Positions 53,917 to 63,462 of a stretch of 64,000 nt of DNA are shown in pieces; positions within the stretch are counted from its first letter, which is position 1; each line of letters starts with the position of its first letter. The stretch lies in the IMG/VR virus record IMGVR_UViG_3300032216_000903, positions 1 to 64,000 of that record; one strand, 5' to 3'. A model generated the notes under the pieces. The model did not search any database. It was given only the letters and a program-made list of their open reading frames with translations, and was not told where the DNA came from. This DNA comes from a virus. Taxonomy: Duplodnaviria > Caudoviricetes. The translations under genes were made by a program, and so were the position numbers.

Positions 53917-54960
53917 ATGGGTCACATCAAATCATTTCGTCAGTTCCTCGAGGCGACGATCAAGGAGATCACGGTCACGTTTGGCCGCTTCAATCCTCCT
54001 ACGATCGGCCACGAGAAGCTTCTGAACGCTGTGGCTTCAGAGGCGGCTGGTGGTACCTATAAGATCTACGTCTCTCAGACGACGGACGAGAACAAGAATC
54101 CACTTCAGTACTCCGAGAAGGTGAAGCTCATGCGTTCCATGTTTCCTAAGCATGGTCGCAACATCATCGAGGATAAGTCAATCAAGACGATCTTTGATAT
54201 TGCTCAGAAGGCATATAAGGACGGATTTACTCGATTCGTCTTGGTCGTCGGTGAAGATCGAGTCGAGGAGTTCTCGAAGCTCCTGAAGAAGTACGAAGGT
54301 CAGCAACTCAAAGACGGCGGCTTCTACGACTTTCCCGGCGGCATCGAAGTAGTCTCGGCTGGAGATCGTGATCCGGACTCAGACGATGTCGAAGGCATGT
54401 CGGCCTCTAAGATGCGTCAGGCCGTGAGAGATGGAGATCTGGTTGCATTCTCGAAAGGTCTGCCGAGGGGTTACGAAGATTCAATCTCCGTGTTCAATCT
54501 TCTTCGCAAGCGCATGGGATTAAAAGAGACGACGAACTTTCGCGAACACGTTCAGCTCACTCCTCTGTCTTCCATTCGCGAGGCTTATGTTCGCGGAGAG
54601 ATCTTTCGAGTCGGCGACTCCTGTCGTCTGAAGGGCGGAGAGATCATTCAGATCGTCAAGCGCGGTCCTAACTTCTTGGTTACGGACGATCAAAAGAAGC
54701 ACTGGCTTCAAGACGTGCAGCCCATTCATGAGGGATGGGCGACGGATGCTTATAAGAAAGCCGGTGGCAAGGGACTGCTTTATATCGACAAATCAGATGA
54801 ACAGACCGAACTTACCAAGCCTTCAGAGATTAAGGCGGGATTGGCAAATATGGATAAGCTCGATCCAAAGTATGTCGATTCTTTTAAGGTCTTTAAGAAT
54901 CTGAACGGCGCCGTAGCATTCAAAGAGATTGCTTATGTTCCATTCTTTCATCTAATTTAA
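53917..54960 (+). CDS. Cytidylyltransferase-like (HxGH-type) nucleotidyltransferase with capsid-targeting-like leader
   Basis: MGHIKSFRQFLE; FGRFNPPTIGHEKL, VGEDR, MSASKMR. Confidence 0.88.
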   Translation: MGHIKSFRQFLEATIKEITVTFGRFNPPTIGHEKLLNAVASEAAGGTYKIYVSQTTDENKNPLQYSEKVKLMRSMFPKHGRNIIEDKSIKTIFDIAQKAYKDGFTRFVLVVGEDRVEEFSKLLKKYEGQQLKDGGFYDFPGGIEVVSAGDRDPDSDDVEGMSASKMRQAVRDGDLVAFSKGLPRGYEDSISVFNLLRKRMGLKETTNFREHVQLTPLSSIREAYVRGEIFRVGDSCRLKGGEIIQIVKRGPNFLVTDDQKKHWLQDVQPIHEGWATDAYKKAGGKGLLYIDKSDEQTELTKPSEIKAGLANMDKLDPKYVDSFKVFKNLNGAVAFKEIAYVPFFHLI

Positions 54961-54973
54961 TAAATAGAATTCA

Positions 54974-56359
54974 ATGAATCTAACCGAATCAATCAAGCAC
55001 CTCATGTCTGAGGGCAAACTGGAGTGGACGACTACGGATGAAGTCACTGGCGCCGAAGAGGCCACGCTCCCCGATGGATCTAAGTTCGCCATTCATAACA
55101 TCACGGGAACGCTGTCCTTGATGTATGTCGGTAAGGACGGCAAGGGCAACGTGATCTATCGCACTCCGGCTGGTGTTCCCATGGCGTTCAAGAAAGCCAA
55201 GCAGGAAGCCGAGAAGTTCTTGGGCATCAAGAAGGATAAAGATTCGAAGAAGGAAGACGACAAGAAGGCCGATAAGAAGGAAGGCGAAGTCGAGGAAGAG
55301 CTCGGCTCCGAAAACGAATGGGGTACGGACGAGCTGACCGACAAAGAGAAAGCCGTCACTCCCGGTCAAACTCCTAAGAAAGAGGGGCTCGAAGACGCCT
55401 GCTGGTCCGGCTACAAGGCGATCGGTACCAAGGAGAAGGACGGCAAGACGGTTCCGAACTGCGTGCCCGAGTCTACGGACGAAGACCTCAAGAGCCTGCA
55501 GGACCTGCTGAATAATCCTGACGAGGAATTTGCCGTGAAGAACTACGGCTCCGTCGAGCGCTACAAGAAGATGATTCAGTCCAAGATCGACAAGCTGCAG
55601 AAGAACGAAGACTTCTCGGGTGCCAGCTTCTCCGGCGCCGGTCAGACCACGCTGAAGCCTACGGATAAGATTTCGGTGCGATATGGATCGCTCTACGTCA
55701 ACGACCGTCCGTTCGAAGCCAAAGATCCCGATGAAGCCCTCGACTGGCCAAATTCTACGGATTCGAATGGCAATCTCGTCACCTGGTTTAAGGGCGACTC
55801 GAATCAAAAGAGCACTTGGAAACCAGAGCAGATCACCGGCCGCTACACGGACAAAGAAGACGTCGGCATCGAAGAGAAGGTCGAAGTCTCTGAGCGCTAC
55901 GTCAAGACCATGCAGCTCATCACCAAGGAGACCGATCGCTCCATCATCGAAGCGTTCCTCACGGAGCATACGATCGCTGGCCGTGAATCCAACCTCTTGG
56001 CCATCAATACGGAATTCAAACGCTTCAAGAAGCTGCACGAGGCAGAGAATTTTCTGAGCAATGATACAATGAAAGATCTGGTCGATAAGATTCGCCTAAA
56101 GATTAGCAAAGTGATCGATGACGAATGGCATAATACCGCGATCATTCATGATTGGATCAAAGAGAATCCTGAAAAAGTCTCTCATTACATGAGCAGGAAA
56201 AACTGGGACTCTCTTGCTTCTATCGCGGCCGATGAGATCTCTACAAAATGGGAAGAAGATCCAAAAGGTCATTATGGCAAATACCTTGATCATCGCCAAT
56301 ACCTTCATCCGAGCGGACAGACTAGACGCTCGAGCTTATACAAATCGCTGCCCATTTGA
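54974..56359 (+). CDS. Acidic modular late protein
   Basis: AATAAATA upstream; leader MNLTESIKHLMSE; CWSGY...KDGKTVPNCVP module. Confidence 0.7.
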   Translation: MNLTESIKHLMSEGKLEWTTTDEVTGAEEATLPDGSKFAIHNITGTLSLMYVGKDGKGNVIYRTPAGVPMAFKKAKQEAEKFLGIKKDKDSKKEDDKKADKKEGEVEEELGSENEWGTDELTDKEKAVTPGQTPKKEGLEDACWSGYKAIGTKEKDGKTVPNCVPESTDEDLKSLQDLLNNPDEEFAVKNYGSVERYKKMIQSKIDKLQKNEDFSGASFSGAGQTTLKPTDKISVRYGSLYVNDRPFEAKDPDEALDWPNSTDSNGNLVTWFKGDSNQKSTWKPEQITGRYTDKEDVGIEEKVEVSERYVKTMQLITKETDRSIIEAFLTEHTIAGRESNLLAINTEFKRFKKLHEAENFLSNDTMKDLVDKIRLKISKVIDDEWHNTAIIHDWIKENPEKVSHYMSRKNWDSLASIAADEISTKWEEDPKGHYGKYLDHRQYLHPSGQTRRSSLYKSLPI

Positions 56360-56384
56360 TAATCAGATCTAATAAATACTCGAA

Positions 56385-57350
56385 ATGAAATCACTTAATC
56401 AGATTCGCGCGACTCTCATGGAAGCGGCGCAAGACACGGAAGCCCACTTCGTACAGCCTACGAAAGCTCAACACTCGATCGGACCGATGCGTCGTCAGGA
56501 CGAGGAAGAAGTCAAAGAAGAGGGCGGCGATGAAGAGATCGGACCTGGCACTCAGCTCCGTACGTCCGACGGCGTCTACTGTGTGATTGACGAGATCGAC
56601 AATCAGTCGGCCAATTCCGAATACGCTTGGTGCACGGACGAAGACGGCCAAGAGATTCACGTCAATCTGAATACGGCCGACGTGATTCGCTCTCGTCCTC
56701 CTCTTGATCGTGAAGATCAGGACAATTCGATGTATCAAGAAGACATGGATCCTCAGAAGAAAAGAAAGAACCTTGAGATCTCGATGGACTACCTGCATAA
56801 GAAGATCCGCGACGAGAAGGACTTCTATAAGAAGGACGAATACAAGGACGACCTTCGCAAGCTTCGCGCCGAGTACGACGCGCTCGATGAAACTCACATG
56901 GCAGACAAGACTGTAGACGACTACATCAAGGACTATCGCGCGTCTACGGATCCTCGCTTCGAAGGTAAGTCCAAAGCCGAACGCATCAAGATGGCCGTAT
57001 CGGACTTCAACAAAGCAAATCCCGAGAAGACCGAAGGCACGATCGCTGAGTGCATGGACGGCGGACATCAGGTCGAAGAAGTCTCGATGACTCGCCTCGA
57101 GCTCGACGAGGTCGCCGACATGGCCGACGACCTCTTTCACGTGCTTCCCAACTTCGACGAGGTTCCCGCTTGGGTCCAGCATAAAGTCGCGGCCATGCAC
57201 GCTGGACTCCATTCGATCTACGACTACTATCGTCTGAAGGGTATTGAGCGTGATCAGTGTTCTAAGGGTGGATTGGAAGTCATTACGATCGCCACTCCTC
57301 AGAATCCAGTCGTTCAACCGGCTCCGGTCAAACCGGCGCCGATGGACTGA
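56385..57350 (+). CDS. Acidic modular late protein
   Basis: AATAAATA at 56371; leader MKSLNQIRATLME; module shared with ORF 59247. Confidence 0.7.
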   Translation: MKSLNQIRATLMEAAQDTEAHFVQPTKAQHSIGPMRRQDEEEVKEEGGDEEIGPGTQLRTSDGVYCVIDEIDNQSANSEYAWCTDEDGQEIHVNLNTADVIRSRPPLDREDQDNSMYQEDMDPQKKRKNLEISMDYLHKKIRDEKDFYKKDEYKDDLRKLRAEYDALDETHMADKTVDDYIKDYRASTDPRFEGKSKAERIKMAVSDFNKANPEKTEGTIAECMDGGHQVEEVSMTRLELDEVADMADDLFHVLPNFDEVPAWVQHKVAAMHAGLHSIYDYYRLKGIERDQCSKGGLEVITIATPQNPVVQPAPVKPAPMD

Positions 57351-57351
57351 T

Positions 57352-58524
57352 ATGATGCTATTCAAAGACAAACTTACTCTGGCGATTGCTGAAGCGGCTC
57401 AGGCTGTTTTGGATGAATCTGCCTTTGATGATGCGGCATTGAAGTGGGCTGATCAGGCTGATGAGAAAGATATCAAGGGAGCGATTGATTCCTTCAAGCA
57501 ACTCAAGGCTCGCAACACTCTTAAGGGAGCAGAGGCTGATATCAGTCCGTGGATCAAGAAGCCCTTCAAAGATTTTTCTACCTTTGTCGATTCGAAGTCA
57601 GAGGTCTTGCAGAAAAAGGATGTAAGCAAGCAAGCGGAAAAAGACGTCGAGCATGTCTTTGAAAATCAATTCGTTACGATTGTTTCTCCCAATACTTTTG
57701 AAGCTTCGAAGAAGTATGGAGCCGGCACGAAGTGGTGCATCTCCGGTGAAGTAATCAAACATTGGAATGATTATACTGAAAATAGTATTAAGTTCTACTT
57801 CATTCTTCCGAAGTCAGGTACGAAAAAGATGGCTGTCGCCGTATATCCTAATGGAACCGCCAAAGAGTACTACGACGATAAAGATCGCGTGATGCGGGAT
57901 TTAGAATTTCAAGATAGACTGAAGGCTTATAAAATTCCAAAGGAGATCGTACGAGTGATTCATTCGAATGATATCAATTGGGATAAATGGTTGCAAAATC
58001 TTGGAGGAATAAAAAATTCCGATGGAACGGTCGACGTCAAAAATGACGTGCTACTGCTTAATAAAGAATTAAAGAAATTGCCATTCAAATTTAGACACGT
58101 CGATGGAGATTTCAATTGTGCCGGCAATATATTGTCTTCTCTAGAAGGAGCACCCGAAACTGTAGGTGGAAATTTTAACTGCGAACACAACGTTCTTGAA
58201 TCTCTACAAGGAGGTCCAAAGAGTGTGGGTGGATCATACATATGCAATGATAATATCCTGACATCATTGATAGGAGCGCCGAGGACTATCATGGGAGATT
58301 TCCACTGTGATGCCAATGAATTGACTTCTTTGGAAGGAGCACCCGAAAGCATTCGTGGAAGCTTTGAATGTTCAATGAATTCTGATCTAAATTCATTAAA
58401 AGGAGCACCAAAGAGTGTTGGATCAGATTTTTCAGCTGACGGTACAGATTTGTCAAAATCTCAGATTAAGAAAGTGTGTAAGGTCAAAGGCACGATTATC
58501 ACTGACGAAAATGTTGCGTGGTGA
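57352..58524 (+). CDS. Protein with GTKWC domain and about five 22-aa solenoid repeats
   Basis: ASKKYGAGTKWCIS; repeats of type VGGNFNCEHNVLESLQGGPKS. Confidence 0.7.
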   Translation: MMLFKDKLTLAIAEAAQAVLDESAFDDAALKWADQADEKDIKGAIDSFKQLKARNTLKGAEADISPWIKKPFKDFSTFVDSKSEVLQKKDVSKQAEKDVEHVFENQFVTIVSPNTFEASKKYGAGTKWCISGEVIKHWNDYTENSIKFYFILPKSGTKKMAVAVYPNGTAKEYYDDKDRVMRDLEFQDRLKAYKIPKEIVRVIHSNDINWDKWLQNLGGIKNSDGTVDVKNDVLLLNKELKKLPFKFRHVDGDFNCAGNILSSLEGAPETVGGNFNCEHNVLESLQGGPKSVGGSYICNDNILTSLIGAPRTIMGDFHCDANELTSLEGAPESIRGSFECSMNSDLNSLKGAPKSVGSDFSADGTDLSKSQIKKVCKVKGTIITDENVAW

Positions 58525-58547
58525 GTTCGTGAGACTAATCGACTGAT

Positions 58548-58871
58548 ATGCAAGAAGAATTTATATTAACGTTTCGTGAGTTCACGGAGATCGTGGAGGC
58601 CGAGTATCAGGGCCGCACGGTCGAGTTGAACAAGCCCTTTCGTACGCCCGGCGGACCGAAGAAGTTCGCCGTATATGTAACCAACGAGAAGGGCAACGTC
58701 ATCAAGTTGGGATTCGGAGATCCTAACATGGAAATCAAGCGGGATGATCCGGGTCGTCGCAGTAACTATCGCGCGCGACATCACTGTGAGAATCCTGGCC
58801 CTAAATGGAAAGCTAACTATTGGAGCTGCAGAATGTGGTCTTCTAAACCGGTTAGCAAGATAACAAAATAA
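58548..58871 (+). CDS. Conserved basic viral protein
   Basis: KKFAVYV...FGDPNM...RARHHC...YWSCRMW. Confidence 0.75.
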   Translation: MQEEFILTFREFTEIVEAEYQGRTVELNKPFRTPGGPKKFAVYVTNEKGNVIKLGFGDPNMEIKRDDPGRRSNYRARHHCENPGPKWKANYWSCRMWSSKPVSKITK

Positions 58872-58878
58872 CAAGGAT

Positions 58879-59208
58879 ATGGCACCAGAAACAAGCAACT
58901 CTCGTCTCGAGAGAATGGAAGAAAAGATCGATAAGCTCTCAGAGGCTATCGTAGCACTGGCTCGAGTCGAGGAGAAGATCTCCAATCTCGAGCAGACAAA
59001 CTCAGCATTGATGTCACAGATCATTGCGATCGAGCAACGTTCTCATCGTAATGAAGACAACATCAATATAATTAAGTTTGAACAGGCGAAAGATTCGAAT
59101 ACTCTTCAGGGTCTTCGTAAATTCTTCTGGATGTTTGTTTCATCTGTCTTGGCGGCAGGATTCCTTGTCTGGTTCACGGTCCTCACGTCTCACTCGGCTC
59201 CAAAGTAA
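58879..59208 (+). CDS. Coiled-coil protein with C-terminal TM helix (holin/XhlA-like architecture)
   Basis: RLERMEEKIDKLSEAIVALARVEEK; FFWMFVSSVLAAGFLVWFTVL. Confidence 0.6.
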   Translation: MAPETSNSRLERMEEKIDKLSEAIVALARVEEKISNLEQTNSALMSQIIAIEQRSHRNEDNINIIKFEQAKDSNTLQGLRKFFWMFVSSVLAAGFLVWFTVLTSHSAPK

Positions 59209-59246
59209 GAAACCTATAAATAGAATTCACAATCAACTAACTAACT

Positions 59247-61622
59247 ATGTTCTCCGATAAAATCACTAAAGCTATCGCCGAGGCGGCCAAGACCGTCATG
59301 GACACGACCAACGAAACGTGGCCCGATGCGGCGTCGACCTCAATCTACGCCGATAAGCGCGGTAATGCTCCCATCTCGGACACGGAAGGCGGCGCTGATC
59401 GCGTGATGACTCCGGAAAAGATGATCGATGATAAAGAAGACTTCGGTCCAGACAGTGATTATGCACGTGCTTATTATGCAAAGTATCCCAATGCTAAGCG
59501 TCCTCAAGCGAATGAAGCCGCTTCTGGCAAGGTGTCAGCCGAATTCGACTACGTCACGGACGACGACGGCGAACAGTTTGTTAAAAATTCTGCCAAGCGC
59601 CTCGGCTTGACCTTCAAGACCGTTTCTCAAGAGGGTCCTGGCGGCGGCTGGCCGGTCGGCAAAGTTAGCGGCCCCAAAGATGCCGTGAAGAAGTTTTTGA
59701 TCAAGCACTATGGCGATAAGGAAACGGCCGCTGATGCTCATGGCGACATCTTTGAATCCGTGATCTCGGAAGAGGAGATCAACGAGGTGCTCAAGAAGAG
59801 CCAGCCCGCCTCCGAATGGATCGCGGACTTCATCAACTCCGACAATCCCAAGTTCAAGGGCAAGTCCAAGGGCGAGCGCATCAACATGGCTCTCGGTGCC
59901 TACTACGCCGCTCAGCGTAACGAGTCCGTCTCCGAGGGTGTCGAAGAACCCCGCTCTCAGGGAGAGAAGAACTTCAAGGCCGCACACACGATCGTGAAGA
60001 TGGCCGATCCGAATGCGGACAGACAGACTGGCACGGAAGCCATGGATCAGAAGGCTAAGCCGGTTCTGCCTATCGGTAAGACTTTCTCCAAAGCCGACGA
60101 CATCGACGGCGAGAAGTACATCGACAAAGACGTGGCGAACATCAAGTCTTCTGCCACCCGCGCTACGGCTCCGAAGGCTACGGGCGCGGCTAAACTCACC
60201 TATGCTAACGGCTGCGAAGTGTACGATAAGACGGCTTCGTCGATTAAGAAGTCGGCTCAAGGCGCCGCTGCGGCTCCTAAAGCTAGTGGTTCTAAACAAT
60301 CTGGTGCGCAATCGATCGAGAAGGTTTCCAACACGGCTCCGAATGGTAAGCTCTCGGCCGAGTATCCCAAGGCGAATCAGAAACGCCCCGATGCAATGCC
60401 TAAGGGTTTGAAAGAGACGGCGTTGGCCAATCTGCTCGGCGAAGAGAAGATGTCCAACTTCGATAAGCAGTTCGCGGATGACAATGAGAAAGCTCTGAAG
60501 CAGATTCTGGCCGGTCAAGGCACGGACGGCATCGAGTGCCACGGTCAGCCTAAGCAGAAAGTCTTGGTTCAACTGAACAAATACATTGACTCTTATGGCG
60601 ACGAGCTGAAGAAGTACTTCGGCATTCCGATCCAAGAGAAGGAAGTCAATGAAGCTGCTTCGAAGATGTCTCCTGAACAAATCGACGACAAGGTGTCGGC
60701 TATCTTCAAACGCTTTGGCATTCAGGATACCAACTACGAGCAGGATCTCGATAAGGCTATCGAAGATCTCTCCAAGAAGTCCCGCATCGCGGCCGCTCAG
60801 GTTAAATCCCTTCTGAAAGACTCCGTGAATGAAGTAATTGATTCTGCCTCAGATCGTGATGACACTGGAGAATATAAAGGTGGTTCTAAGCAGCCCTACA
60901 CGCCGGAATATCTGGGCACTGGAGAAGAGAAGGCGCTGAATCGAACTGGAGCGACTCGCGCTTCTGATTGGGCCGATGCTTGTGAAGATGCGGCTAAGCG
61001 TGTTGCTGGTCTTGTCAATCGCGATAAGGATACTCCTTTGCAATATCGTCTGACCAGTAAGCTCAAAGCTGCATATAGCATGTTAGCTGATGTGGCTGAA
61101 AAGCTCGATAACGACACTGACGAAGCCACCGAAGTCAATGAAGACCCTACTAGAGCCGAGATTGGCGCCATGCAGCGCGCCGCTTTGGCAGACAAACAGC
61201 GCGCCGCTATGGCAGCGCCGATTACGCGCGCCGCTTTGGCAAAGAGATATGGCCTGCCCGCCAATTCGAAATATGCCGATCCTGAGGATCATGTTTCAAC
61301 AGGATATGACGATAGCGATCTCGTGCCGAATCCTGACTTTGATGCGGAAAAAGGAGAAGAAGCCGGCAATCGTCCATACATGTATGGTAGAAAATCCGAT
61401 TATGTAATGGATGATGTTGCTGATGAAGCTGAAAAGATGGTCGGCAAAAAGACATTTAGACAGATATTTGATTCTGGCACATGGGCCTATCGAGTTAATA
61501 TGGCCATGAAAGCAGGCATCAAAGATCCTAAAAAGATCGCTGCATTGATTGTTCAGGAAATGACCTCAGCTCCAGGTAAGCGTCCTAAGAATTTGCCTTG
61601 GAAGACAGATCGTCTCAATTAA
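59247..61622 (+). CDS. Large modular late protein with repeated VNE/INE linkers
   Basis: TATAAATA at 59215-59222; leader MFSDKITKAIAEAA shared with ORF 57352. Confidence 0.72.
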   Translation: MFSDKITKAIAEAAKTVMDTTNETWPDAASTSIYADKRGNAPISDTEGGADRVMTPEKMIDDKEDFGPDSDYARAYYAKYPNAKRPQANEAASGKVSAEFDYVTDDDGEQFVKNSAKRLGLTFKTVSQEGPGGGWPVGKVSGPKDAVKKFLIKHYGDKETAADAHGDIFESVISEEEINEVLKKSQPASEWIADFINSDNPKFKGKSKGERINMALGAYYAAQRNESVSEGVEEPRSQGEKNFKAAHTIVKMADPNADRQTGTEAMDQKAKPVLPIGKTFSKADDIDGEKYIDKDVANIKSSATRATAPKATGAAKLTYANGCEVYDKTASSIKKSAQGAAAAPKASGSKQSGAQSIEKVSNTAPNGKLSAEYPKANQKRPDAMPKGLKETALANLLGEEKMSNFDKQFADDNEKALKQILAGQGTDGIECHGQPKQKVLVQLNKYIDSYGDELKKYFGIPIQEKEVNEAASKMSPEQIDDKVSAIFKRFGIQDTNYEQDLDKAIEDLSKKSRIAAAQVKSLLKDSVNEVIDSASDRDDTGEYKGGSKQPYTPEYLGTGEEKALNRTGATRASDWADACEDAAKRVAGLVNRDKDTPLQYRLTSKLKAAYSMLADVAEKLDNDTDEATEVNEDPTRAEIGAMQRAALADKQRAAMAAPITRAALAKRYGLPANSKYADPEDHVSTGYDDSDLVPNPDFDAEKGEEAGNRPYMYGRKSDYVMDDVADEAEKMVGKKTFRQIFDSGTWAYRVNMAMKAGIKDPKKIAALIVQEMTSAPGKRPKNLPWKTDRLN

Positions 61623-61627
61623 TTCAA

Positions 61628-62215
61628 ATGGCCCATACCCTCTATCAAACGATTCGAGATACGGTCTTGAATGAAGCCGGCGGCAATGAGGCCGCCGGCG
61701 GAGGGGAAGCCTTTGACAAGTTCGACGAGCTCTATCTCAAGAATCATAGAGATCACATCTCGAAGCTGCAATCCGGTACGGATAAGGAAGAACTCGGCCT
61801 CGATGCTGATAAGGCTGAGGAGATCTTTCAGTTCTACGACATGCATCGTAAGCAGGTCGCGGATCGCCTCAAAGAGGGACTGAACGAGATTCGTGGATAT
61901 GGCGGCTGGCTCTCCCCCTCCGGTAAAGAGTATCCGGTCATATCCGCACAGGCTCACGAGAACGTGGCCAAGAACATCCTCGGCGACGAGTGGGAAGAAC
62001 TTGAGGGTCGAGGCGACGACGCTTCTGGCATCCTCGGCAAGCGCGGGTACGCCCGTCTGGTCCATCAGCCCCATCAGACCTTCGTCGACATGGACACGAA
62101 CTCTCGCCTGTCTTCCCGTCAGCTCTCGTACCTCAAAGACTTAGGCATCGAAAATCAAGTCGACATCTTTCTAGATGTGGGCAACGGCCGTTACATCTAC
62201 AAAGCAGGAGAATAA
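61628..62215 (+). CDS. Hypothetical late protein
   Basis: Leader MAHTLYQTIRDTVLNE; internal LNE. Confidence 0.65.
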   Translation: MAHTLYQTIRDTVLNEAGGNEAAGGGEAFDKFDELYLKNHRDHISKLQSGTDKEELGLDADKAEEIFQFYDMHRKQVADRLKEGLNEIRGYGGWLSPSGKEYPVISAQAHENVAKNILGDEWEELEGRGDDASGILGKRGYARLVHQPHQTFVDMDTNSRLSSRQLSYLKDLGIENQVDIFLDVGNGRYIYKAGE

Positions 62216-62225
62216 ATAGAATCAT

Positions 62226-62495
62226 ATGCGCGCAATAAATTTACAGGGTCAACAAATTCAGCTTCCGACAACCTCGGGAACGGCTATCACGGTCGGCGAC
62301 GCTTCGCTAGTCCGCGTGTCACATGTTTCTGATACTGGCTATCAGATTCTGTATGTGCAGAATTCGGCTGGTACCAATACCAGCTCGATCAGTCTATCAG
62401 CGACTGAGACCGTATACATCAATAAAGAGCCGCTCGATAAGATCTGGGCATCCGACGCTTCTGGATTTGCTTCGCGAGTCGTATTCGTGTATTAA
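62226..62495 (+). CDS. Small beta-rich late protein
   Basis: AATAAATA at 62211-62218. Confidence 0.65.
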   Translation: MRAINLQGQQIQLPTTSGTAITVGDASLVRVSHVSDTGYQILYVQNSAGTNTSSISLSATETVYINKEPLDKIWASDASGFASRVVFVY

Positions 62496-62515
62496 GGATA
62501 TAAATCCTTTTTGTC

Positions 62516-62887
62516 ATGATGAAGCTGTTTGATGAGTTAACGGAAAAGAACTTTGAGGCATACGCGGTCCGCCACTACAACAATCCTCAGTGCCTCTCGA
62601 TCGACGAGTTCTATGAGGACGTGGCCAAGTTTAAGTACGTGAAGCGGTTGCTTCGCAAGTATCGAGATACTGGGGACATTCGCGAGAGGCTCGTGCTGAA
62701 TCACCTGATCGCGATATACAACGTGTTCTCGATTGGAGCGGCCAATCACATGATGTTCTATCGAATAGAGAAGGAACTGTGGGGATCGCTTAAGCCGTTC
62801 CTGGTGTTCTTAAACTACCTGCCGGACGGCATGATGCAGGACGTCGAGTCGGACATGAAGATAGCCAAAAGGTTACAAGACATCTAA
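62516..62887 (+). CDS. Conserved T4-like hypothetical protein
   Basis: YNNPQC...EFYED...FKYVKRL...RERLVLNH. Confidence 0.8.
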   Translation: MMKLFDELTEKNFEAYAVRHYNNPQCLSIDEFYEDVAKFKYVKRLLRKYRDTGDIRERLVLNHLIAIYNVFSIGAANHMMFYRIEKELWGSLKPFLVFLNYLPDGMMQDVESDMKIAKRLQDI

Positions 62888-63054
62888 TGAAGAAGCTCAG
62901 AGACATATTTCCGGTCGAAGAAGACATGGGAGTCGGAGCCATCGGTGGCGGCGGAGTGGGTACTCAGGCCATTCAGAACTTCGATCCGGTCATCTCATTT
63001 AAGCAGAAGGCCGACACGATCAAGAAGAAAAAACGTATAAATAAGACCAAATGA
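62887..63054 (+). CDS. 55-aa hypothetical protein (below the ORF-track cutoff)
   Basis: TAATG-coupled: MKKLRDIFPVEEDMGVGAIGGGGVGTQAIQNFDPVISFKQKADTIKKKKRINKTK. Confidence 0.55.
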   Translation: MKKLRDIFPVEEDMGVGAIGGGGVGTQAIQNFDPVISFKQKADTIKKKKRINKTK

Positions 63055-63449
63055 AAACAGAATCTTTCAAATCCATTTCCGAATCCGTCAAACGTATTAT
63101 GCTCGGCGAAGCCCCCGCGGCTAAGGCTCCCGAAGTCGACATCGACGCGCTGACGGCCGACGCGGCTCCCGCGGCCGATGCGTCTCAACAAAATGTGGAA
63201 CTCGAAGTTCCCGCTGAAGCTGAAGCTCCCGAAGAAGCCCCTGAGGCTCCGGAGGCTGAAGCTCCCAAGAAGGGCAAGGGCAAACCCAAATTTGCCGCCG
63301 TCTGCAACAAGGACGGAGAAGAAGCCGTGTTGCTCCTGAGCAAGGACGACCTCGAAGAATTCATTCACGAAAACGGAGTCAAGTGCATCACGGCTCTCTA
63401 TGAGCTCGGCAAAGAAGCCAAGATTCCTACGGTCAAGGTCAAAGCTTAA
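63051..63449 (+). CDS. Ala/Pro/Glu-rich late protein
   Basis: TATAAATA at 63036-63043; leader MKTESFKSISESVKRIMLGE. Confidence 0.7.
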   Translation: MKTESFKSISESVKRIMLGEAPAAKAPEVDIDALTADAAPAADASQQNVELEVPAEAEAPEEAPEAPEAEAPKKGKGKPKFAAVCNKDGEEAVLLLSKDDLEEFIHENGVKCITALYELGKEAKIPTVKVKA

Positions 63450-63462
63450 TACTCTTTGCACC

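Noticed and set aside
7007-60680. Long minus-strand ORFs (e.g. 11044-12132, 54989-56038, 56391-57371, 59535-60680)
   Set aside because: Antisense shadows of well-supported plus-strand genes caused by codon bias; no motifs or promoters
61172-61241. Triple CGCGCCGCT(T/A)TGGCA repeat
   Set aside because: Short in-frame coding repeat (RAALA/RAAMA) with no sign of independent function
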